Assembly (NCBI GenBank): GCA_009783755.1
Contig: WRCW01000001.1
Coordinates: 1-44,200, forward strand
Source of the DNA: Spirochaetaceae bacterium
GTDB taxonomy: Bacteria; Spirochaetota; Spirochaetia; CADAEX01
Length of the DNA: 44,200 nucleotides
Reading direction: 5' to 3'
Shown here: positions 36,327 to 44,200 of the stretch, piece after piece
How the letters are laid out: each line of letters opens with the position of its first letter
Numbering within the stretch: the first letter of the stretch is position 1
Notes under the pieces: generated by a model
Database searches by the model: none
What the model saw: only the letters and a program-made list of their open reading frames with translations
Told to the model about the DNA's origin: nothing
Translations under genes and position numbers: made by a program

Positions 36327-36480
36327 AAATCAAATTATCTGAATTTTTTAGCGCTTTTCTATATAATTTCTTATCAAATAATATAAATCCTAATGAAAAG
36401 ATCTGATTAAAATGATATACTATTTTTTAACAATTGCTTGGTTTGGAAAATAGAAAAATCAAGGATTTAAAGGTGCAGAA

Positions 36481-37740
36481 ATGGCAAACAATACAGAAAA
36501 TATTGAAAAGGTTTATTCATCCAAAAATGAGCGGCTTAAGAGTTATGTCTTTGATCTGCCTGTTCAGGAATTTAGAAGAGGTTACAGAAGCGATATATAT
36601 TTCTGGAGAGAAAAAATAGCTCTTGAAGAGCACAACATAGATCCTCAGGTAATAATGCAGGTGTTTCAAAAAAATAATGCAGTAATTTGTGGTATAGATG
36701 AATGTCTTGCAGTGCTAAAGCTTGCTACAGGGAAATATTCCGATTACCCCAAAGCATACAAACTTTTTGATAAATATATAGAACTTAAAAAGAAAGCCAG
36801 AATATATTTTCTTGAAGATAGAGAAAGTTATTTAAATATTCTTTCAGAAAGAATGGAAATTGGTAAAGAACTTGACTCTTTATGGATAAGTGAATTTGAT
36901 GATATAGAAATATTTACACTAAGAGATGGAGATGAAATAGCTCCCTGGGAAAGTGTAATGCATATAAAAGGGAGAATAACAACATTTGCGCATCTGGAAA
37001 CAATTTACCTTGGTATTCTTGCAAGAAGAACAAGAATAGCAACAAATGTAAGAAAAGTTGTAGAAGCTGCACAAGGAGTTCCTGTTCTTTTCTTCCCTGC
37101 ACGTTTTGACCATTGGGGAGTGCAGAGTGGTGATGGATATGCAGCATGGGTAGGTGGCGCTTCTGCAGTCTCAACACTTGCGCAGGGTGAATGGTGGGGT
37201 GCAAAAGCATCTGGTACTGCTCCTCATGCGATGATCGCATGTCTTGAAGGTGATGATGTTGCTGCTGCAAAAATATTTTATGAATCATATCCTGAAACAA
37301 ATCTTGTTGCGCTTGTTGATTTCCATAACGATTGTGTAAATACTGCTTTAAAGTGCGCGCGTGAACTTGGTGATAAACTGTGGGGAGTAAGGCTTGACAC
37401 CTCAGAAAAGATGGTTGATAAATCTATCTTTGAAATGATGGGAAATTTTAAACCAACCGGAGTTATCCCCGAACTTGTTATTAAAACAAGGGAAAAGCTT
37501 GATGCAGAAGGTTTTAAAAATGTAAAGATAACTGTGTCGGGCGGATTTGATGCGGAAAAAATACGCGAATTTGTTTCCAGAAGAGTTCCTGTTGATGCTT
37601 ATGGCGTAGGAAGTTATCTTATTCGCGGGGATTATGATTTTACAGCTGATGTTGTAAAAGTCAATGGAAAAAATTGTGCAAAAGAAGGAAGAGGTTATAA
37701 TCCTAATCCAAGACTTCAGAAGGTTAATTATGATGAATAA
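36481..37740 (+). CDS. pncB: nicotinate phosphoribosyltransferase (archaeal/short type)
   Basis: Type II PRTase-family sequence (GTAPHAMI, GVRLDTS, SGGFD). Translationally coupled to a nicotinamidase gene. SD AAAGGTG. Confidence 0.82.
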   Translation: MANNTENIEKVYSSKNERLKSYVFDLPVQEFRRGYRSDIYFWREKIALEEHNIDPQVIMQVFQKNNAVICGIDECLAVLKLATGKYSDYPKAYKLFDKYIELKKKARIYFLEDRESYLNILSERMEIGKELDSLWISEFDDIEIFTLRDGDEIAPWESVMHIKGRITTFAHLETIYLGILARRTRIATNVRKVVEAAQGVPVLFFPARFDHWGVQSGDGYAAWVGGASAVSTLAQGEWWGAKASGTAPHAMIACLEGDDVAAAKIFYESYPETNLVALVDFHNDCVNTALKCARELGDKLWGVRLDTSEKMVDKSIFEMMGNFKPTGVIPELVIKTREKLDAEGFKNVKITVSGGFDAEKIREFVSRRVPVDAYGVGSYLIRGDYDFTADVVKVNGKNCAKEGRGYNPNPRLQKVNYDE

Positions 37741-38314
37741 CAATTGTTGTTGTAACAGTATAAAAAAAGCGCTTATCATAGTAGATATGCAAAATGATTT
37801 TTGTCCCGGAGGTTCCCTTGCTGTAAAAGAGGGAGATAAAATAGTTTCTGTAATAAATCAGTATATTAAGCAATTTAAAGATGAAGATGAGGTTATTGTT
37901 TTTACCAGAGACTGGCATCCTGCAGATCATTGTTCCTTTAAAGAATATGGGGGAATGTGGCCTTCTCATTGTGTTGCTGAAACTAAAGGTGCGAAATTTC
38001 ATCAGGATATATATGTGCCTGAAAAATCTTTTATAGTATCAAAAGCAGATACTGCTTCAAAGGATGCATATTCAGGGTTTGAAGCAACATTACTTGATTC
38101 TCAACTTAAAAAACTGAATATAGAAGAAGTGTGGGTGTGCGGGCTTGCGACCGATTACTGTGTAGCGAGTACAGTAATGGATGCACTAAAGCTTGGATAT
38201 AAAGTCAAGATTCTTTCTGATGCAATCGCAGCAGTAGATGTAAGTGCAGGAGATGGGGAAAAGGCAATAGCCAAGATGGTGTCGCAGGGAGCAGAAGTTT
38301 ACAGGCTGAAATAA
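37730..38314 (+). CDS. pncA: nicotinamidase/pyrazinamidase (isochorismatase family)
   Basis: ALIIVDMQNDFCPGG, WHPADHCSF and the catalytic-Cys context VCGLATDYCV. The ATG at 37730 overlaps the pncB stop and has GAAGG upstream, so the track start at 37664 is rejected. Confidence 0.88.
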   Translation: MMNNNCCCNSIKKALIIVDMQNDFCPGGSLAVKEGDKIVSVINQYIKQFKDEDEVIVFTRDWHPADHCSFKEYGGMWPSHCVAETKGAKFHQDIYVPEKSFIVSKADTASKDAYSGFEATLLDSQLKKLNIEEVWVCGLATDYCVASTVMDALKLGYKVKILSDAIAAVDVSAGDGEKAIAKMVSQGAEVYRLK

Positions 38315-38335
38315 TTCTAAATATGGAAAAAGAAC

Positions 38336-39373
38336 TTGAAAATTCTTTTAATAACTACAGGCGGAACTATTGTCTCAAAAAAAGACGCGAAGCGTGCAGG
38401 GGCAGGACTTATTCCTTCTGATGAGATCAATACATTATTTTCCAAGACACATAAACTAAATCATTCTGCAAAAATTGCAATTTGCCCCATCTTCCTAAAA
38501 GACAGTACCAATATAAATCCCAATGACTGGATCTTGATAATAAAAAAAATATATGAAAATAAAAACCTGTTTGATGGATTTATAATTACTCATGGCACTG
38601 ACACAATGGCATATACCGCATCAATTCTTTCATATACATTAGGCAATCTTTTAAAACCTGTAATATTAACAGGGGCTATGATACCTGCCTCATATCCTGA
38701 TACAGACGCAAATTATAATCTGGAAAACTCAATAAAATTTATGAGTGTATTAATTGGGAAAGGGCAAAGCGGTGTTTCAATATGTTTTAATGGAAAACTT
38801 ATGCATGGAACAAGGGTAAGAAAAATAAATTCTCAATCCGCAGATGCTTTTATCTCTGTTTCTTATAATGATATTGGGAATATAAATAATGGAAAAGCAG
38901 AAATTAATATTATTCCATTTATAGATAAAACAGGACTTGATGATTTTTCATACAATTCAATTGATGAGATCAGGTTTGAAAAAAATATTTTTCCAATAAA
39001 ACTTTTTCCCGGGTTTTCATCAGATTATTTAAATAAAATAATTGATATTAAACCTTCGGCAATTATTATAGAATCTTTTGGAACTGGCGGTCTTCCATAT
39101 CTGGGAGAAAATCTTTTGCCTTTGGTTGAGAAAGCAGTTTTGTCAGATATTATCGTTGTAATTTCTACACAGTGCTTTAAGGGCGTTGTTGATCTTTCAA
39201 TTTATGAAGTTGGACAAAAAGCCATGAAAGCAGGCGCTATAAGCACACATGATATGATATATGAGGCAGCAGTTACCAAATTGATGTGGCTGATGCCTAT
39301 GGTACCGATACAAAAAGTAAAAGAATATTTTTTGCACAATTATTGTGATGAAATTATAAAGAATTTGATATGA
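38336..39373 (+). CDS. ansA: L-asparaginase, type I (cytoplasmic)
   Basis: ITTGGTI (catalytic Thr motif) and THGTDTM motifs. 345 aa with a TTG start. Confidence 0.88.
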   Translation: MKILLITTGGTIVSKKDAKRAGAGLIPSDEINTLFSKTHKLNHSAKIAICPIFLKDSTNINPNDWILIIKKIYENKNLFDGFIITHGTDTMAYTASILSYTLGNLLKPVILTGAMIPASYPDTDANYNLENSIKFMSVLIGKGQSGVSICFNGKLMHGTRVRKINSQSADAFISVSYNDIGNINNGKAEINIIPFIDKTGLDDFSYNSIDEIRFEKNIFPIKLFPGFSSDYLNKIIDIKPSAIIIESFGTGGLPYLGENLLPLVEKAVLSDIIVVISTQCFKGVVDLSIYEVGQKAMKAGAISTHDMIYEAAVTKLMWLMPMVPIQKVKEYFLHNYCDEIIKNLI

Positions 39374-40356
39374 TCAAAAAGAAAATAATGATTTTATGTT
39401 TAATAATATTTTTCTCAATTATTTTTCTCTTTTGTATTGATAATAGGGTCGTTACTAAAAACTCTGACCTGTATGATTTGGAAATATCCCCCTCAAGCAC
39501 AGAGGTGTTACCAAGCGTGTCGCCGCATAGAGGCAGGATACTTGAATTTTCTGAAAACAAAGAAATGCCTGATGAAGTAAAAGCTTTATACCGGGCATAT
39601 TCCAATTTTATTGATGAAATAAAATATGTAAATGATGATTGGCTAATAACTATTCGCGGCGTAGATCTTTACTGGGCAGGAGGAAAACTTCTTCCCCCTA
39701 ATAAAAAGACTGATGAAGATAAATATAGATCTTATGGATTTTACAAGTATCCGGATGAGCTGCCTGAAATTGTAAAAGAAGCAGATGCACAAATGCTTGA
39801 AAGATTTAACCGTTATACAAATATCAGGGAAAATCTGCAAAGAGATAATACGTTTCTTGAAACATTATATGGCGGAAAAAATCTTAAAGAAATCCAGAAG
39901 CATCTTAAAGTTATAAATATTTTGGGATTTAGAGCAGAAGCTCATGATAGTATAATTGACAGATATTATGCAATTGATAAAGAGATAAAAGAAGCTGCAT
40001 TAAGAAATCCAGAAGTAAAACAATTCCTTTCTTCTCTTGGGTCAGCATCAACTTTTATTTGGAGAGATATTGAAAACAGCAAAAGCAAAAGCTATCACAG
40101 CTTTGGGATTGCAATGGATATTAATCCAAAAAAACTTGGAAATAAACAAATATATTGGAACTGGACATCAAATTACAATGAAAAATGGTACTCTGTCCCA
40201 TATTCGCAGCGGTGGATGGTTCATCCTGAAGTTATAAGAATTTTTGAAAAATATGGCTTTGTATGGGGCGGCAAATGGTTGCCATTTGACAACATGCACT
40301 TTGAGTACAGGCCTGAAATTCTTATTTTTTCCGGAAAAGAAGTTGCAGGCTTGTGA
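39370..40356 (+). CDS. M15-family zinc metallopeptidase (VanY/LAS-type D,D- or L,D-peptidase) with an N-terminal membrane anchor
   Basis: SYHSFGIAMDI (H-x6-D zinc motif) and VWGGKW...DNMHFEY. ATGA overlap with ansA. Confidence 0.85.
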   Translation: MIKKKIMILCLIIFFSIIFLFCIDNRVVTKNSDLYDLEISPSSTEVLPSVSPHRGRILEFSENKEMPDEVKALYRAYSNFIDEIKYVNDDWLITIRGVDLYWAGGKLLPPNKKTDEDKYRSYGFYKYPDELPEIVKEADAQMLERFNRYTNIRENLQRDNTFLETLYGGKNLKEIQKHLKVINILGFRAEAHDSIIDRYYAIDKEIKEAALRNPEVKQFLSSLGSASTFIWRDIENSKSKSYHSFGIAMDINPKKLGNKQIYWNWTSNYNEKWYSVPYSQRWMVHPEVIRIFEKYGFVWGGKWLPFDNMHFEYRPEILIFSGKEVAGL

Positions 40357-40452
40357 TTATTTTATAAAATCAAAAATACAATTCCTTAAGTTAAAGTAGA
40401 AAAAAATATCAGATGTTTATATAATGGTATGAAATAATTATTGGGAGATTTT

Positions 40453-41820
40453 ATGATAGATATATTTATTATTGCTTTTTCTGTATTGATAGGAGTAGTA
40501 ATAGGAATTCTTGTTACATATCTGATTTTGAAAGGCAATATCCGTCGTTCTTATGAAAAAGGAAAATCAGAAGCAGGAGTGGAAAAAGCTGCGTTAACGG
40601 AAAGAATAACAGGATTTGAGACCCGGCTTAATGAACAGAAACAGGAAATTAATCAAAAAAATGAAAAAGTAGAAAATTTAACAGAACGGATCACTTCAAT
40701 GCAGGAAAAAATATCTGTACTGCAGACTACTCTTGAAAAAGAGAGAAGCCAGTTTGGCGAAAAAATAGTTCTTTTAAATAATGCAAAAGAAGAACTTTCC
40801 GCTCATTTTCAAAAACTTTCAAGCGATATTTTTGAAAGCAGAAATAAAGTTTTTTCCCAGCAAACAAACACTACCCTTGAACATCTTCTGCGGCCATTCA
40901 GGGAGCAGATCGATAATTTTAAAAAGCAGATAGAATTTTCAAGGGAGCAGGATCTATCTGAAAGAGCATCTCTTAAAACAGAAATACAACACCTTGCAAA
41001 ACTCAACCAGCAGATAACAGAAGAAGCTGGAAATCTTACTAAAGCCCTTAAAGGAGAGGTAAAAACTCAGGGAACATGGGGAGAAATGATCCTTGAAAAA
41101 GTGCTTGAGAAATCTGGTCTTGTAAAAGGACGGGAGTTTGAAATACAGGAAAGTCTTAAATCTGTTGATGGAAAAAGAAGCCAGCCAGATGTTATAGTGC
41201 ATCTTCCTGAAGGGCGAGATATTGTTATTGACTCCAAAGTCTCTCTTGTTGCATACGACAGGCTTGTATCTTCAGATTCAGAAGATGAAAAAAATCAGAG
41301 CGAGAAAGATCTTGTTATATCGATCCGTAATCATATAAAAATACTTTCAGATAAAGATTACCATAAACTGCTTGGAATAAATTCCCTTGATTTTGTTTTT
41401 ATGTTTATCCCTATTGAGGGGGCTTTCTCGGCTGCTATACAGGCAGATAATACAATTTTTACAACTGCTTTTGAAAAAAATATAATAATGGTATGTCCTT
41501 CGACTTTGCTTGCTTCGCTAAGAACAATTGAAAATGTATGGAAGTATGAATACCAGACTAGGAATGCCAGAGAAATTGCAAGAAGAGCAGGGATGCTTTA
41601 CGATAAATTTATTGGCTTTGTTACTGATCTTGAAAATGTAGGCAAAGGAATTGATAACGCAAGAAAAAGTTATGATTCTGCTTTTAATAAACTGTCAACC
41701 GGCAAAGGGAATCTTGTAAGGCTTTCTGATAACTTAAGGCAGCTTGGCGCTTCTACTACAAAAAAATTGCCGGACTCTTTTTCGCTTGATGATGAGCAGG
41801 ATGGCGAAGAAGGTGCTTAG
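40453..41820 (+). CDS. rmuC: DNA recombination protein RmuC
   Basis: N-terminal TM segment, long coiled coil, and the C-terminal RmuC nuclease-like domain (PDVIVHLPEGRDIVIDSKVSLVAYD, FMFIPIEGAF). The ATG at 40453 follows GGGAG. Confidence 0.92.
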   Translation: MIDIFIIAFSVLIGVVIGILVTYLILKGNIRRSYEKGKSEAGVEKAALTERITGFETRLNEQKQEINQKNEKVENLTERITSMQEKISVLQTTLEKERSQFGEKIVLLNNAKEELSAHFQKLSSDIFESRNKVFSQQTNTTLEHLLRPFREQIDNFKKQIEFSREQDLSERASLKTEIQHLAKLNQQITEEAGNLTKALKGEVKTQGTWGEMILEKVLEKSGLVKGREFEIQESLKSVDGKRSQPDVIVHLPEGRDIVIDSKVSLVAYDRLVSSDSEDEKNQSEKDLVISIRNHIKILSDKDYHKLLGINSLDFVFMFIPIEGAFSAAIQADNTIFTTAFEKNIIMVCPSTLLASLRTIENVWKYEYQTRNAREIARRAGMLYDKFIGFVTDLENVGKGIDNARKSYDSAFNKLSTGKGNLVRLSDNLRQLGASTTKKLPDSFSLDDEQDGEEGA

Positions 41821-41855
41821 CAGGACTGCAATAGCGATGTTTAATTAAAATACTC

Positions 41856-41884
41856 TTGATGTATTGTAAACTATAGGTTACAAT
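41856..41884 (+). promoter_or_regulatory. promoter with an embedded palindromic operator upstream of the antitoxin gene
   Basis: TTGATG (41856-41861), 17-nt spacer, TACAAT (41879-41884). The inverted repeat TTGTAA (41864-41869) / TTACAA (41878-41883) spans the spacer and the -10 box. Confidence 0.5.
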
Positions 41885-41900
41885 AAAGATAGGTAGCGAT

Positions 41901-42200
41901 ATGAAAATAATTAAATGGGATATGGCTGAACATATCGAAACAAAAGAAGATATAATAGCATACCTTGAAGATGCGTTTGAAGAAAATAATACAGAGCTTT
42001 TATTATCTGTAATTAGTGATATAGCCCGCTCAAAAGGTATGACTCAAATTGCACGTGATCTAGGGATAACTCGCGAAGGTTTGTATAAATCGCTATCTCC
42101 GGCAGGTAACCCATCATTTGAAACTATTATGAAACTGCTAAATATTCTCGGTTTTCGTCTAAAACTAGAGCAGAAATTACATATGGCATCATCAATATAG
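41901..42200 (+). CDS. addiction-module antidote protein, HigA family (COG3636-type HTH)
   Basis: 99 aa. SKGMTQIARDLGITREGLYKSLSPAGNPSFETIMKLLNILGFRL is the characteristic HTH and C-terminus of this antitoxin family. Confidence 0.85.
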   Translation: MKIIKWDMAEHIETKEDIIAYLEDAFEENNTELLLSVISDIARSKGMTQIARDLGITREGLYKSLSPAGNPSFETIMKLLNILGFRLKLEQKLHMASSI

Positions 42201-42430
42201 TATTGCATAATTAGTTATTTGGAAGTAGAGAATATAAAAATAAAATAGATAGAGAAGAAGATAATTGACAGGGATAAACGATAAAGAGTGGAGCTGCTTG
42301 CTAGTTTTGTAACCTGTATGGTATGTATAGAAAGTTATATAGAATGCCAACAAAATTGGTTTGAATATTGATATAATATATATAGACATTTATTAGAGCA
42401 AATTATAATTTAATGATTTGGAGCTATTTT

Positions 42431-42847
42431 ATGAAAAAAATCCTTATTGTTTTAATTAGTTTCTCTTTAATAGGTTGTTTAACAACGTCATTAATTGAAT
42501 CAAGCTATACTAATATAACTGTTACTTACTTGGCAAAAAATACTTCAACGGATAGTGAGTGGACTGTAATAATTTACAAAGATATATTAGGTAATGTTGA
42601 GGAAGAATTGTATATGAAACCAGGTGAATCTTGGGAGAAGACAGTAAATTTTAGATTAGGTGAATATGATATTGAACATTTGTTTGTAGCAGCACATTCA
42701 TTATATGGAACATTTGAAACAATAATTACAATAAATGATATCAATCAAAGTGTCCGTTCTGGTTCACAAATAAAAAGCAATGGAAGAGAATATTACAGTT
42801 TATCTCAATTGATTATTGACAGAGATAAAATTAGAAAATATAAATAA
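42431..42847 (+). CDS. hypothetical lipoprotein
   Basis: MKKILIVLISFSLIGC signal plus lipobox. An extended -10 (TGATATAAT) lies about 50 nt upstream. No family recognised. Confidence 0.65.
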   Translation: MKKILIVLISFSLIGCLTTSLIESSYTNITVTYLAKNTSTDSEWTVIIYKDILGNVEEELYMKPGESWEKTVNFRLGEYDIEHLFVAAHSLYGTFETIITINDINQSVRSGSQIKSNGREYYSLSQLIIDRDKIRKYK

Positions 42848-43132
42848 AGAGGAAAGAACGTATTTCATATAATAAAATCGCTGCTTGATTGCTTTATGGT
42901 GGGTGGATTGAGCTGATCAAAATACAAGTCTACATGAGTACCTTTGTGATGTTGTGTCTCAGCATATTTGTTTGCACCCATAAAAATGCTTCCTTTTTTA
43001 TTCTTGTCAAGCGCAAAATATCAGTTACTATATAAACGTTGTACGATATTTGGTTGCGGCATATTTAGGATAATCAAAAAAAATGACAAAATAAAGGATA
43101 TATCAACGTATGAATATGAAGGATACAATAAG

Positions 43133-43636
43133 ATGAAAAGAAAAATATCATTAATATATTTTATTATGATTTTATTATTGATTGCTGTCTTGATTAGTTG
43201 TGCTTCTACTCCAAAGTCAACATCAATTCAAGTTGCAAACGCTGTCGAAGTTATGGGAATTAATTGGGCTCAGTATCAAGGGCGAGTATTAAAAATTGAA
43301 TCTATAGGAAATTCATCTACAGATATTACAACTGTTAGGGAAAATGCACTTATACGAGCAACATGGGAAACATACCAACTTGGATTCGATTATTTTATGA
43401 TTCTTTCTGAAAATGGAAGTGCAACACGTAATACATATACAACATCAGGAAGTGCTACAACTATAGGAACTTATACTTACATTAATCCAGGAACAATCTA
43501 TAATACAACAAGTCATTCATTAATAATTATTATTTTTTGCTGTTTTGAAAATGAATTATTTAATGATGTACCAACATTTTCTGTAAGTTCTCGTTTGGCC
43601 CAGGCGCGACAGTTTTTTAAAAAACCTAGAGAATGA
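43133..43636 (+). CDS. hypothetical lipoprotein
   Basis: The internal start MKRKISLIYFIMILLLIAVLISC gives a classic lipoprotein signal. The track ORF's 55-aa N-terminal extension looks non-coding. Confidence 0.6.
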   Translation: MKRKISLIYFIMILLLIAVLISCASTPKSTSIQVANAVEVMGINWAQYQGRVLKIESIGNSSTDITTVRENALIRATWETYQLGFDYFMILSENGSATRNTYTTSGSATTIGTYTYINPGTIYNTTSHSLIIIIFCCFENELFNDVPTFSVSSRLAQARQFFKKPRE

Positions 43637-43889
43637 AATAATAATGACCATAAGGGAAAGAAGTTAGCCTAAAAAGAACTTGGCTGAATTGAATTAATTG
43701 GAATAAAGTAGCTTAATATTTTCAGATTTGAAAGTGAGATTATAATCCATCATTTGATTTTCTTCTAAAAATTATTTTAAAAATTTGAAAAAAATAGAAA
43801 TGAGAATAATTTTAAATAAGTGAAAAAAGTCTAGCAACTGAGAAACTCTCAATAAATTACTAAGGATTGCTATTTAGCTCAGGATGTCT

Positions 43890-44036
43890 CTATTTCCCAG
43901 CCTTTTTCCTCAAAATCCTGATCTCTCTGAAAAAGAAAAATGCTGTTATTATTGCTGAAAGAAGGTCTGATGCTGCTATTGAAAGCCAGATACCATTTAG
44001 ATTAAAAAATAGAGGAAGAATACAAGGATCTTTTAT
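43890..44036 (-). pseudogene. C-terminal remnant of a MATE-family efflux transporter
   Basis: The minus strand translates to ...ILPLFFNLNGIWLSIAASDLLSAIITAFFFFREIRILRKKAGK*, the typical last TM helix and basic tail of MATE proteins. An in-frame TAG lies immediately upstream (44037-44039) and there is no room for the remaining ~400 codons. Confidence 0.55.
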
Positions 44037-44200
44037 CTACTTACCTTTCACAACTGCTGCCTAAAAAATAAACACAAGCCATCTGCCTAACAGTTGGATT
44101 TTACTATATTATATTTGTGGCTATTTCTTATTACTTACTTGTTTTTATTTGCATCAAGCGTTGCTTCATTTCTTCGATTTCTTCTTTTGGCAATTTTTGA

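Noticed and set aside
37664-37729. Longer start for pncA at 37664
   Set aside because: It would overlap 77 nt of pncB. The ATG at 37730 has an SD and gives a standard isochorismatase-family N-terminus.
42192-42389. 65-aa minus-strand ORF as a possible toxin partner of the orphan antitoxin
   Set aside because: The composition is extremely Tyr/Phe/Ile/Leu-rich and typical of random translation of AT-rich DNA. The orientation is wrong for a higBA operon, and there is no RelE/ParE-like motif.
42865-42981. 38-codon minus-strand ORF (MGANKYAETQHHKGTHVDLYFDQLNPPTIKQSSSDFII)
   Set aside because: It is too short and I recognise no family. It may be a gene scrap. It is noted under the decay-zone finding but not called as a feature.
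43867-44064. 65-aa plus-strand ORF from the track
   Set aside because: It runs antisense to a much more convincing MATE C-terminal remnant on the minus strand. It has no SD and a low-complexity sequence, so it is most likely an antisense shadow ORF.
44131-44200. Minus-strand coding end running off the right edge (...KLPKEEIEEMKQRLMQIKTSK*)
   Set aside because: Only about 22 codons are visible and two minus-strand frames are open, so neither frame nor product can be supported.

Overview
A 44.2-kb chromosomal segment from a low-G+C bacterium. I cannot fix the taxon from sequence alone; the signal peptides, V-type ATPase, TAXI-TRAP and U32 content fit an anaerobe such as a spirochaete-like lineage. 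Nearly all long ORFs are intact and most are transport or scavenging genes. Left to right: the 3' part of a V-type ATPase operon (subunits A, B, D) followed by a universal stress protein and a PtsN-like PTS EIIA. Next is a minus-strand unit with two tandem EamA/DMT transporter paralogs plus a coiled-coil hypothetical. A divergent RpiR-regulator/HAD-phosphatase pair then faces a TAXI-TRAP transporter, which is followed by three cytoplasmic phosphoesterases (one PHP/CehA-like, two calcineurin-like). Then come 5-formyl-THF cyclo-ligase, a tRNA with a CAT anticodon, and an orphan TAXI binding protein. A tandem segmental duplication follows (isomerase plus family-5 binding protein; the first isomerase copy has decayed). 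It leads into a seven-gene operon: binding protein, two ATPases, two permeases and two tandem MFS transporters. This operon converges on, and overlaps, a NarL-type two-component system that sits downstream of a GNAT and an 843-aa double-module U32 protein. The remainder holds an aldo/keto reductase with an Fe-S domain, a homocitrate/Re-citrate-synthase-like enzyme, pncB-pncA-asparaginase, an M15 peptidase, rmuC, an orphan HigA-type antitoxin, two lipoproteins and a MATE pseudogene scrap. No cas genes, integrases, transposases or phage genes were seen. The items most worth follow-up are: (1) a G+C-rich, helix-dense ~0.28-kb spacer between the EamA paralogs that looks like an unclassified structured RNA; (2) the RpiR/HAD + TAXI-TRAP + triple-phosphoesterase locus, a possible undescribed organophosphate-anion scavenging pathway; (3) the Opp/Nik-type importer co-operonic with two MFS transporters, with a spare binding protein; (4) the fused two-module U32 protein. 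All functional calls come from by-eye motif recognition. No database search was possible.
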